The notes beneath the pieces were generated by a model. That model was not told where the DNA came from and made no database searches. It worked only from the letters and a program-made list of their open reading frames with translations. Positions 55,939-64,000 of a stretch of DNA of 64,000 nucleotides are shown in pieces. Made by a program: the position numbers and the translations under genes. Source of the DNA: a virus. How positions within the stretch are numbered: the first letter of the stretch is position 1; each line of letters opens with the position of its first letter. The DNA is taken from positions 73,048 to 137,047 of IMG/VR virus record IMGVR_UViG_3300031159_000070. One strand, written 5' to 3'.

Positions 55939-56406
55939 ATGAAGATTGCTGAGGTGAAGGACCGCGCCACCGCCGCGGTCGAGCAGGTGCGCGATGCGGC
56001 CGTCGAGGCGGCCGTTCGTATCCGCGAGGGCGAGATACTGGATCAATTGCGTCGCCTCAAGGTCGATCCGCCGTCATGGTCGCTGAAGCAGCTGCTCGTT
56101 CTGGTGCTTGTCATCGCCGTGCTCGGCTTTGGCATCTACTGGCTCAGCTATGACCGCGGATGGGATGCGCGTGGTGCTGCCTTCGAGCAGGAGCGCCGCG
56201 AGATGACGGAGAAGGTCACGCGCGAGAACGAGCAATTGGTTCGCGAACTCAAGGCCGAGATTGCAGAGCTCAAACGTCAGATCGCCGGCGAGATCGCGAA
56301 CGCGGCCAGTCTCGACAGCGAGAAGCTGCGTCGCATCGCCGGCTACCAGGCCAAGGCCACGAGCTGTGGCTGGGTGCCCGAAACCATCAAAGAGCTGAAC
56401 AACTGA
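55939..56406 (+). CDS. TM plus coiled-coil protein (i-spanin-like)
   Basis: Single TM then coiled coil, Cys near the C-terminus; follows the endolysin. Confidence 0.5.
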   Translation: MKIAEVKDRATAAVEQVRDAAVEAAVRIREGEILDQLRRLKVDPPSWSLKQLLVLVLVIAVLGFGIYWLSYDRGWDARGAAFEQERREMTEKVTRENEQLVRELKAEIAELKRQIAGEIANAASLDSEKLRRIAGYQAKATSCGWVPETIKELNN

Positions 56407-56423
56407 AAGCAGGAGCCGCTTCC

Positions 56424-56699
56424 ATGACCGACACTGCTCGCTTCCAGCGTGATGTTGCCGGCCCGTACTTCGACGGGTTCACCATTACGCCGAATGATGA
56501 CGAGGACCTGCCGCGGCTGGCGCGCGGCATTTATGTTGGCGGCGGCAATGGTGAAAGTCCTGGTGATGTCAAGATCGTCACGCCGGCGGGCTCGACGCTC
56601 ACCTTCAAGAATGTGCCGGTCGGCTCAACTCTGCCTTGGGTCGCCAAGCGCGTGATGAACACTGGCACGACGGCCACCAACCTGATCGGCGGAGTCTAA
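56424..56699 (+). CDS. Head spike base protein, RcGTA Rcc01079-like
   Basis: FTITPNDDEDL..ARGIYVGG..GDV..TLTFKNVPVGS.LP..KRV..TGTTATNLIG. Confidence 0.75.
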   Translation: MTDTARFQRDVAGPYFDGFTITPNDDEDLPRLARGIYVGGGNGESPGDVKIVTPAGSTLTFKNVPVGSTLPWVAKRVMNTGTTATNLIGGV

Positions 56700-56700
56700 T

Positions 56701-57015
56701 ATGCTTCGCCTCGCGATTCTCATTGCAGCACTGATTTTTGCGGGTTGCGATAAGGAGCCTCAATATGTGCCGGTCGATCTCGGCAAGCGCGTTCCGAAAG
56801 AGCCTGCCGAGTGCACCGCGACGCCGCCGGTCTTTCCGGCGATTCCCGAACCACCTTTTGCCGAGTGTCCCGATCCCGGCGTGATGTGCCCGGTTGCGCA
56901 GGCCAAGTACCTCTTGGCCGTGCAGCAGTGGCGCCGCCGGATGGAGGGCGACCGCAAGATCTGCAGGGCCTACGTCAAGCGTATCGTGCCCTACGTCAAC
57001 CGCGCGTCGAAATAG
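56701..57015 (+). CDS. Pro-rich lipoprotein (o-spanin-like)
   Basis: Lipobox IFAG-C; Pro/Cys-rich. Confidence 0.55.
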   Translation: MLRLAILIAALIFAGCDKEPQYVPVDLGKRVPKEPAECTATPPVFPAIPEPPFAECPDPGVMCPVAQAKYLLAVQQWRRRMEGDRKICRAYVKRIVPYVNRASK

Positions 57016-57039
57016 AACGCTGGCAGAGGAGATGGGATC

Positions 57040-57501
57040 GTGGTCGCAAGTTCTCTTGATGAGAGGGTCGGACGCCTTGAGGATGATTTCCGCACCATCC
57101 TCAAGGACGTCAACGAGACAAGGTCTAAGGTCGAACGTCTGGACGCCAACGTCGCTCGTCTCGACGCTGGCGTATCCGAATTGAACGTTGGCATGAAGCA
57201 GCTCCTCGAGCGCGACCGCGGTCGACCGGAGCCTCTATCGTGGGGCAAGATCGGCGCGGCATCGGCAACAACTATCGTCACGCTGCTGGCGCTCTGGGGG
57301 CTGATTACGCAGGTCGTGGATTATGCGTCGGTCAAGCGGCATGAGGCGATCGACAAGCGGCTGACCAGCATCGAGCATCAGCTGAAGTTCAACACGGAGT
57401 TTGTAAACCGCTGGAACGATAACGGCCGCCTGCTTCTAATCGAGCAAAGCGTGCGTCGGCTCGAGCAGTCGGCTGCCTGGATTCCGATCGTCAAGCACTG
57501 A
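57040..57501 (+). CDS. Coiled-coil plus TM protein (lysis region)
   Basis: LDERVGRLE heptads then one TM. Confidence 0.55.
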   Translation: MVASSLDERVGRLEDDFRTILKDVNETRSKVERLDANVARLDAGVSELNVGMKQLLERDRGRPEPLSWGKIGAASATTIVTLLALWGLITQVVDYASVKRHEAIDKRLTSIEHQLKFNTEFVNRWNDNGRLLLIEQSVRRLEQSAAWIPIVKH

Positions 57502-57597
57502 CGTGATCGGCAAGATGTTCGGCGTGCGGCTTCGCCGAACAACCGGCCCAGATCGCACCGACTGAAGCCGGTTCAAACTGCTCAACTCTGATCGAGC

Positions 57598-57647
57598 ACC
57601 CCGCTTGAGCCCGGATCTTCCCGGTGTCTCAGGCGGGGTCTTTTTTT
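57598..57647 (+). terminator. Terminator ending the late operon
   Basis: accccgcttgag...ctcaggcggggt followed by T7. Confidence 0.7.
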
Positions 57648-59332
57648 GTTTCTGGAAACATAATCGATGTCACTCGTACATAGCCTGGGGCAGGATAATC
57701 CAACAAGCCAAGCGTCCTTAATCGCCCAAGATTGTTGGTGAAAGCGGAGCTCGACGCTGATACATGGACTTCGGCCGCGAGTGTCCCGCGGTCAATTTGC
57801 TCGGGATAGATCTCGATAAGGGCCTCCATGATTCGCCGTTGAGCCGGTGCGAGCTTCTCGAAAACCTGCTCATGCAGCGCTTCGTTCGTGCGCGGCAGCT
57901 CTATTTGGCCCACGTGAGCCTTGCCAGCTTCCGTCAGCGATAGCAGTCCAGGCCCTGGATACTCAATCAGGCCGCTAGTGCGCAGCGAACCGAGGTTGTT
58001 GCTGTAGGCAGAGGACTGACTAGACGTGCCTGCGATGAAAGCCACGGCTACGCGCTCGGGCTGCGCAATGCCGAGTTCTTGAAACCAGGCGATCGCGTCG
58101 AGAATGCGCTGCTTTGCCGGTGATAGGCGTGCTTCATCGTATGGTGTAGTGCGCTTTGGTAGGGCTGGGGCTTTGCGCTCTACCGGAGCCGGCGTGTTCG
58201 CCTCCCGAATGCTCTTGCGGTACTCAGCCTCGACAGTGCGGAAGATCTCCTGCATCGCAGCGACTCTTCCATCAGCATATCCGCGGCGATAGGCTTCTTC
58301 GATCTTTGCATTGAGCTCGGCTGTTCCGCGCTCGTAACCTCGTTGTTCCGCAGCGACGATCTTCGCTGGATCTTCGGCTTCGTGATCGTCGCTCTTGGAC
58401 TCCTCAGCTTCCTCGACCGTCTCGAGGGCTAGGCTGGCGATGCGTTCGCGCAAGCGAGCAATGTCCGCTTTCGCGATCGCTACCGATGACAGGTCTGCCG
58501 GCTTGTCGCCGGCCTTCGGCGTGGCCGATGTGTCGAGCGTCTTGATACGAGGAAACTTCGCGCGCTTCAGCACGTCGATCTCTGGGGCCCACACCCAGCC
58601 TTCACCGACACCAAGGCTGGCAAGCGAGTTCATCACTTCTCTGGCCTGTTGCCGATCTGCGTTGCCTTTGATCCAGGCTTCGATAGCACCGCGATCGTGC
58701 GGGCTTGTGACGCCGAGAGCGATCAACGTCGAAAGCTGGGTCAGTACATCTTTATGAAGGCGTGCTGGGCGCTGGGTTATCGAGATCAAGCGGAAGCCTC
58801 TGGCGCGACCGCGGCGCGCCAGGATCTCTGCTTCGTGCAGCAGACGAGTTGCCTCGCGCATGGGCATTTGCGGGGCGAAAACGTCGGCTTCTTCGAGCAC
58901 CAGCCATATCGGCGCGCGGTTGCGCGCGTAGAGTTCCGCAAGAAAGTCCGTCGAGAACCGAATCAGCTCTCCCTTGCGTAGATCGCCAAGGTCGATGACG
59001 GCGGATAGAGGCTCATCCACAAGAGCTTGTGCCATAAGCTCGCCGGCCTCGGCATCGAGGGCAATATCGGCATGAGGGCCGCCGATGACGGCCACCGGAT
59101 AGCCCGACCATCCATTTGCGCCAACTTTGAGTCCCCACCAGCTTGACAGAGGATCCAAGACGATGACCCGTCGGCCCATATCAAGCAGGCGCTCGACTAG
59201 ACCGCGGGCCAGATAGCTCTTGCCCTTCCCCTTCCTGCCGAGGATCGCGATATCGCCATCAAGTGCCTGATCTGGCACGGGATGTTGGTCAACTTTCATC
59301 ACCAGCTCTTGCATGATTGGCTTACTGCTCAT
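57629..59332 (-). CDS. HerA/DUF87-like P-loop ATPase with tandem C-terminal wHTH
   Basis: ILGRKGKGKS, VIVLDP, LVLEEAD.FAPQ, RRGRARG..ITQRPA..KDVLTQ; two NNLG.LRT.GL..YP repeats. Confidence 0.85.
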   Translation of the reverse strand: MSSKPIMQELVMKVDQHPVPDQALDGDIAILGRKGKGKSYLARGLVERLLDMGRRVIVLDPLSSWWGLKVGANGWSGYPVAVIGGPHADIALDAEAGELMAQALVDEPLSAVIDLGDLRKGELIRFSTDFLAELYARNRAPIWLVLEEADVFAPQMPMREATRLLHEAEILARRGRARGFRLISITQRPARLHKDVLTQLSTLIALGVTSPHDRGAIEAWIKGNADRQQAREVMNSLASLGVGEGWVWAPEIDVLKRAKFPRIKTLDTSATPKAGDKPADLSSVAIAKADIARLRERIASLALETVEEAEESKSDDHEAEDPAKIVAAEQRGYERGTAELNAKIEEAYRRGYADGRVAAMQEIFRTVEAEYRKSIREANTPAPVERKAPALPKRTTPYDEARLSPAKQRILDAIAWFQELGIAQPERVAVAFIAGTSSQSSAYSNNLGSLRTSGLIEYPGPGLLSLTEAGKAHVGQIELPRTNEALHEQVFEKLAPAQRRIMEALIEIYPEQIDRGTLAAEVHVSASSSAFTNNLGRLRTLGLLDYPAPGYVRVTSIMFPETKKDPA

Positions 59333-59570
59333 TATAGGCAGATGGCCAATCGTAGCGAGCGAGCGCGTCAAGACTTTCCTGCGGCGGATCGTTCGTGGGC
59401 TGCGTGTCCCGCTGCCGTAGTCTGACGACGGCATCCGTGATCTCATCGATCATGCGACGTCTGGAGATCGCGCCCTGGGTGAGCGATATCAGAATGTCGT
59501 GCACGAACTCGCGCTCTCGGTTGACCTCGCTGTCATAGGCCCGTTTCAGAGCCTCGATTTCCCTTTGCAT
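59322..59570 (-). CDS. Hypothetical protein
   Basis: TGATG coupling. Confidence 0.5.
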   Translation of the reverse strand: MQREIEALKRAYDSEVNREREFVHDILISLTQGAISRRRMIDEITDAVVRLRQRDTQPTNDPPQESLDALARYDWPSAYNEQ

Positions 59571-59830
59571 CAGCGCCTCCGCATCTCCTGTCGGCTTGCT
59601 CCAGGCACGCTGGCATTCTGCCCGGCTTCCCATGTGCGCCCCTTCTTCATCCTCTCGAACCAGGCCCTGGCTTGTTGCCGTGAGCTGAACCGGTCCGTGG
59701 CGATGATGGCCGCCACCTTGCCGGTAACGGTCTTTGTGTGGATCACCGCTTCATATGCGCCATGCCGCCAGTTGATTCTCAGGAAGAGTTCAGGCTCGCG
59801 GCCGATCGCCTTTCTCAGGACCGGGTGCAT
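59570..59830 (-). CDS. Hypothetical protein
   Basis: In operon after dUTPase. Confidence 0.5.
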   Translation of the reverse strand: MHPVLRKAIGREPELFLRINWRHGAYEAVIHTKTVTGKVAAIIATDRFSSRQQARAWFERMKKGRTWEAGQNASVPGASRQEMRRR

Positions 59831-59834
59831 CGCC

Positions 59835-60284
59835 TCAGCGTCCTGTGCTGCCGAATCCAGCCTCTCCGCGTGCTGTCGGCGTCAGGGTTTCCGATTCCGT
59901 GACGATGGCACGAGCTACGGGTGCAATGACGAGCTGCGCGATGCGATCGCCGCGGTTGATGTGGAACGGCTCACGACCATAGTTGGCGAGCTGCACACCG
60001 ATCTCGCCGCGATAGCCGGCGTCGATTGTGCCGACGCCTTGCGCCACGGTAATGCCCTTGCGGCCGTTTCCAGATCGGCCGCGGATCTGCCCCTCATAGC
60101 CTTCCGGGATCTCGACGCAGAAGCCGGTCGGAACGATGATGATGTTGCCCGGGAGCATGATGACCGTGGCCGGCACCGCGGCGCATAGGTCGAGCCCGGC
60201 ATCGCCGGGATGGGCATAAGAAGGCAGCGGCAGGCCTTCGGCATGCGGCAGGCGCTTGAATGTGATCATCGGATGATTGGACAT
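59835..60284 (-). CDS. dut: dUTPase
   Basis: AGLDL, IRGRSG, GTIDAGYRGEI, GDRIAQL and RGEAGFGSTG motifs. Confidence 0.95.
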   Translation of the reverse strand: MSNHPMITFKRLPHAEGLPLPSYAHPGDAGLDLCAAVPATVIMLPGNIIIVPTGFCVEIPEGYEGQIRGRSGNGRKGITVAQGVGTIDAGYRGEIGVQLANYGREPFHINRGDRIAQLVIAPVARAIVTESETLTPTARGEAGFGSTGR

Positions 60285-60295
60285 CGTGCGGCTCC

Positions 60296-60763
60296 TTAGA
60301 ACGGGATTTTGGGCCCGACTGTGTTCTCGGCTTTCGAGGCATGGCCGTTCTTTTTGTCCTCCGGCCACGGCAGGACGCAGCGCAGGATGACCTCGCCGGT
60401 GTCCTCGTCCTTGATGATTTCGTCGCCCTCGAGGATGAGAAGGCCGGTCAGGTCGCAGAACAGGATCGTGTCCATGTCCTCGTTGAGCATGGGCTCAGGC
60501 GCATTGAGCGCTTCGATCTGCTCATCGATAGCATCCATTTTCTTTCCGAACTGAGCATGGATCTCGTCGATGCGCCTGCGGAGCGGAGCAAGCTGTTTCT
60601 TCACCTCGGCCATGAGCTTGTCTCTCATCGCTTCGTATTCTTCACGCAGAGGTTTTGTGGCTTCCCACTCCGCATCGGAGAGCTTGGCCTGCTCTTCGAT
60701 CAGAGCGCCGAGCTTCCGTCGCAATTCGAGGTGGGGCACCTTCGACAGGTCAAGTGTAGTCAT
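60296..60763 (-). CDS. Hypothetical coiled-coil protein
   Basis: SD GGAG; coiled coil plus Cys region. Confidence 0.6.
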   Translation of the reverse strand: MTTLDLSKVPHLELRRKLGALIEEQAKLSDAEWEATKPLREEYEAMRDKLMAEVKKQLAPLRRRIDEIHAQFGKKMDAIDEQIEALNAPEPMLNEDMDTILFCDLTGLLILEGDEIIKDEDTGEVILRCVLPWPEDKKNGHASKAENTVGPKIPF

Positions 60764-60817
60764 TCATGTCTCCATGTGGTCTAGCGACGCGATACCAACT
60801 CGGCAACAAAAAGCGCC

Positions 60818-61288
60818 TCAGAACGGGATTTCGTCATTCAGCGGATCATCGCGCCACGACTTGCTGCCGTTCTTCGCAGCGGCGTAACTGGAGCTGTAAT
60901 CATCCGGCGGCTCGAGCGGTGCTTCCGGCCGCCGGCCGCCGCCCTCCTTGCGGTCGAGAAGCCGGATCATGCCGCCCATGCCGCTGACGACGATCTCCGT
61001 CGACCAGCGATCATCTCCTTTCTGGTCCTGCCACTTGCGCGTCTGGATCTTGCCTTCGACGTAGAGCCGCGATCCCTTCCGCACGTACTTGTCGACCACC
61101 CCGACCAAACCTTCACCCCACACCACGATGGTGTGCCACTCAACTGCTTCTTTCTGCTCGCCCGTGTTGCGGTCCCGCCATTTTTCGGATGTGGCGAGCG
61201 AAAAGCGAGCTACTTGGGCGCCGTTATCGAGGCGTCTGACTTCCGGGTCCTTACCGACGTGGCCGATGAGCATGGCGCGGTTCAGCAT
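60818..61288 (-). CDS. ssb: Single-stranded DNA-binding protein
   Basis: NRAMLIGHVGKDPEVR..EWH..KGSRLYVEGKIQTRKW..DEIPF. Confidence 0.95.
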   Translation of the reverse strand: MLNRAMLIGHVGKDPEVRRLDNGAQVARFSLATSEKWRDRNTGEQKEAVEWHTIVVWGEGLVGVVDKYVRKGSRLYVEGKIQTRKWQDQKGDDRWSTEIVVSGMGGMIRLLDRKEGGGRRPEAPLEPPDDYSSSYAAAKNGSKSWRDDPLNDEIPF

Positions 61289-61635
61289 GGCTCTTCCTCC
61301 ACTCCAATGAGACGGCCCGTGTTCGGCTCCACAGCGGTGCAGCGATCGTCGTAGAGGTGGATCATCGCGAAGTCCTTCGTGCAGGTAGCCCGAAGAGCGA
61401 CGCCGATGTGTCGTCGCGTCCAGTCCGCGATTGCATCGTGGATCATATCGAGCTCAGGTTGTTCGCGCGTGGAGACTCGTGCCGTGAACACGCGCACCTC
61501 ACAACCTTCGGCGAGGTACTTCTTGACGAGCTTGATCATGGCCGGCACAGGCTCACCGATGTGTGTTGGCCCTTTCCACCCATCGTATTTGGCAAGCACC
61601 CCATCCAAGTCGAAGCCTATCCATCCCCCGCTCAT
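61282..61635 (-). CDS. HAD-family phosphatase-like protein
   Basis: WIGFDLDGVLA..IGEPVP..VFTAR..LYDDR. Confidence 0.8.
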   Translation of the reverse strand: MSGGWIGFDLDGVLAKYDGWKGPTHIGEPVPAMIKLVKKYLAEGCEVRVFTARVSTREQPELDMIHDAIADWTRRHIGVALRATCTKDFAMIHLYDDRCTAVEPNTGRLIGVEEEPC

Positions 61636-62120
61636 GCCGTCTCCTCTTCCATGATGGCTGGCATCGGTCTTGCCGGCTGGTTCTGGTACTTGCCGCGATA
61701 TGGCCGGTCTGTCGGTTGATCGAGTGGTGCGAACATGAGCTGCGCGATCGGGTCTCCGTGGTGGATCGTGATCACGCCGTCGCCTTCGTTCTTCAGCTCC
61801 AGAGTCAGGTAGCCGTGCCAGCCAGGCTCGGCGACCGTATTCTGCACCGTGAGCCCCCGCCGCACCCACGTGCTCTTGTCCTTGATCTCGGCTACGAGAT
61901 CGTTTGGCAGCCGCACATATTCGAGCGCCACCTGAAGTGTGAACCGGCCTGGCCACAGGCTGATCACCGGCTGGTCCGTGAGAGCGATGCGGATGTCGTA
62001 GCCGGCCGGCCCCAGTCCGTAGGAAAGGCCGCGGACGTTCCGCGCCTCGATCTCGAACGGACGGATCGCGAGATCACCGGCGTTGATGCGGCTCACGATG
62101 CTTTGGCTAGAGAGGTACAT
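61632..62120 (-). CDS. dcd: dCTP deaminase-like protein
   Basis: SYGLGPAGYDIR, DKSTWVRRG..NTVAEPGWHGYLTLEL, PIAQL, Y.GKYQNQ. Confidence 0.88.
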   Translation of the reverse strand: MYLSSQSIVSRINAGDLAIRPFEIEARNVRGLSYGLGPAGYDIRIALTDQPVISLWPGRFTLQVALEYVRLPNDLVAEIKDKSTWVRRGLTVQNTVAEPGWHGYLTLELKNEGDGVITIHHGDPIAQLMFAPLDQPTDRPYRGKYQNQPARPMPAIMEEETA

Positions 62121-62500
62121 GCTGCCTCTTCCTCAGGTTGTGCTTTGGCGGCGCGCGCCGGCGCGGCTGCGATATCGGCATGGATCGTGACGCGGAAGGT
62201 ACGATCTCGCAGGAGCTTCTCGATCTCCGGCGAGATCGCTGCTCCGTACTCGTGGAAGCTGTAGTCGGCCGGCACGAGCGCGAGATCGCGCACCATCCGA
62301 TCTACCCAGGTCAGCAGATGCAGAAGGTCGAGGTCAGCGCCGGACGGCAACCGCACGTCGAGGATGGCTCTCTCGACAACATCGTCAGCTCGCCATGCAG
62401 GCTCAGCGATGACGCTGCGGCAGCGCTCGACCCAGCCCTGGTAGAGACCTGAGCCGAGCCGGTCCGGCAGGGGGAAATCGTAGATCCTGAAGGCTCGCAT
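62093..62500 (-). CDS. Hypothetical protein
   Basis: First ORF of the minus-strand block next to the att site. Confidence 0.5.
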   Translation of the reverse strand: MRAFRIYDFPLPDRLGSGLYQGWVERCRSVIAEPAWRADDVVERAILDVRLPSGADLDLLHLLTWVDRMVRDLALVPADYSFHEYGAAISPEIEKLLRDRTFRVTIHADIAAAPARAAKAQPEEEAACTSLAKAS

Positions 62501-62607
62501 TTGTTAGCTAGCTTCCTTTCCAACTTGCCCCTCGAAAAGCCCGCAAATACGCGCAATGCAAGCGACACAAAAGTTGGAAAAGGCGTTGATTCTATTGAGC
62601 TTTCAGT

Positions 62608-62656
62608 CGGCCTGTCACGCCGGAGGCCGCGGGTTCAAGTCCCGTCGCTCGCGCCA
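62608..62656 (+). repeat. attR-like: 3' half of tRNA-Asp(GTC)
   Basis: CGGCCTGTCACGCCGGAGGCCGCGGGTTCAAGTCCCGTCGCTCGCGCCA has anticodon arm, T arm and CCA but no 5' acceptor strand or D arm. Confidence 0.85.
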
Positions 62657-62902
62657 TTGGTTTCAATGGCTTACAGTTTCTCTGAACGAGTTATAAGAGC
62701 CCCTGGCCGGCGCCTAAAGCTCTTGGCCGGTTTTGCCCCCGCAGCTTGGCCCTTCCACGCTTCCGCGCTTCGTCCGCACCCACACCGCCGCGAGCTGAAC
62801 TGGCGCGTAAGCCGTCTCTTACGACGTTTTGGGGTCAACCGAACCCTAAGACCGCCTTGAGCCTTCTGTGTGCAAGACGAGTTATGAACACAGGGTGCCG
62901 AA

Positions 62903-64000
62903 ATGACTGAAAGCACAGGGTTCCACTTCCTCGATGGTGGAGGAGAAGTGGCGATCGCTATTCGGCACCTCAATTGGGCCTCCAATCCATTGGGTCCGAT
63001 CGAAGACTGGCCCTCAAGTCTCAAGACCATCGTGAGCTTGGCGCTGAACTCAGCGTTTCCGATGTGGATCGTATGGGGGCCGGAGCTGACTAGCATCTAC
63101 AATGACGCTTTTCGCCCAATACTTGGCGACAAGCCCACAGCCCTCGGCAAGTGCATTTCCGACGTATGGCCAGAGATCTGGGATACAATAGGGCCGTTGG
63201 TGAAGCGGACGTTCGCCGGCACACCGACTTTCCTTGAAGACATGCTGCTAACAATCAATCGAAAAGGTGAACCGGAAGAGGCTTACTTCACCTTCTGCTT
63301 CAGCTCCCTACGGGATGAGGCCGGTGAAGTGCAAGGTATGCTCGCCACCGTGTACGAAACCACTCGGAAAGTGAAGGCGGAGCGGCAAGCGGAGCTGCTC
63401 ATTCGCGAGCTTTCTCACCGCGGCAAGAATATGTTTGCGATCGTGGCGGCCATTGCGCGGCAGACGTTCCAGTCAAAACTCCCGCGGCACAAGACCGAGC
63501 AAACGCTTTTGGGTCGGATCGATGCACTGGCCAATGCACAAGCGGTCCTTGCTGGCCCGATGTTTGATCGCGGGCCAATTCGCGTCATCATCGAAGCGGT
63601 CTTAGAGCCGTATCGATTTGAGCGTGAGCCATTTATCATTGAAGGCCCAGATTGCGAGCTCTCGTCGCGGCAAGCGCTATCGCTCGCTCTGGCGATCAAT
63701 GAACTCGCGACCAATGCCCTGAAGCATGGCTCGCTCCGCGCGAGCAGTGGCACTTTTCGCATTACATGGTCAGCCGGGCGTCCGAAATCGAACGACGAGT
63801 TCCGCTTGAGTTGGATTGAGGAGGGCGGGCCGCCGATCCGTGAACCATCGAGCAAAGGGTTTGGCTCCAGGATCTTGACCGTGGCTGTTCCCCAGGAGTT
63901 CGGAGGGAAGACGCAGCTCACCTTCCGGAAGCAGGGCCTGATATTTGAGTTGTCCACGACGATGGCTGAATTGGAATTGCCATGCGACGACAAGGATTAG
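62903..64000 (+). CDS. Host PAS plus HWE-family histidine kinase
   Basis: WASNPLGPIEDWPSSL PAS-like region; RELSHRGKN, NELATNALKHGSL, W.EEGGPP, GFGS. Confidence 0.9.
   Translation: MTESTGFHFLDGGGEVAIAIRHLNWASNPLGPIEDWPSSLKTIVSLALNSAFPMWIVWGPELTSIYNDAFRPILGDKPTALGKCISDVWPEIWDTIGPLVKRTFAGTPTFLEDMLLTINRKGEPEEAYFTFCFSSLRDEAGEVQGMLATVYETTRKVKAERQAELLIRELSHRGKNMFAIVAAIARQTFQSKLPRHKTEQTLLGRIDALANAQAVLAGPMFDRGPIRVIIEAVLEPYRFEREPFIIEGPDCELSSRQALSLALAINELATNALKHGSLRASSGTFRITWSAGRPKSNDEFRLSWIEEGGPPIREPSSKGFGSRILTVAVPQEFGGKTQLTFRKQGLIFELSTTMAELELPCDDKD

Larger units (their letters stand above)
1..62656. mobile_element. Prophage (temperate, contractile tail), left end outside the window
   Basis: Terminase, portal, scaffold, capsid, baseplate V/W/J/I, sheath, tube, tape measure and lysis genes are present; it ends at a duplicated tRNA 3' end followed by a host signalling gene. 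Confidence 0.95.

Noticed and set aside
62608-62656. Complete tRNA-Asp gene
   Set aside because: No 5' acceptor strand or D arm upstream; better explained as an att duplication
61900-62900. Integrase next to the att site
   Set aside because: No tyrosine or serine recombinase motifs in any ORF here; it is expected at the other prophage end

Overview
Bases 1 to about 62,656 are the right-hand part of a large temperate prophage with a P2/Mu-like contractile tail, in a high-GC genome that looks alphaproteobacterial. It ends at a 3' fragment of tRNA-Asp (attR-like, 62608-62656), followed by a host PAS/HWE-type histidine kinase. The order is: early genes (minus strand), terS/terL/HNH/portal, a roughly 25 kb insert between portal and scaffold/capsid, then head completion, baseplate, tail fibre, sheath/tube, frameshifting chaperone, tape measure and lysis genes, and finally a minus-strand block (HerA-like ATPase, dUTPase, SSB, HAD phosphatase, dCTP deaminase). 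The 25 kb insert holds most of the unusual signal. It contains four tandem proteins that share short motifs but have unrelated bodies (candidate virion-cargo family), a 2130-aa MuF polyvalent protein with a nested out-of-frame gene, and an Ala-rich filament-like module. It also contains a small protein carrying a copy of the scaffold C-terminal motif, a di-Gly-terminal protein with a Cys-containing partner, an altered initiator-like tRNA-Met and a suhB/MmgR-like sRNA. All family assignments come from motifs recognised by eye; no searches were run.
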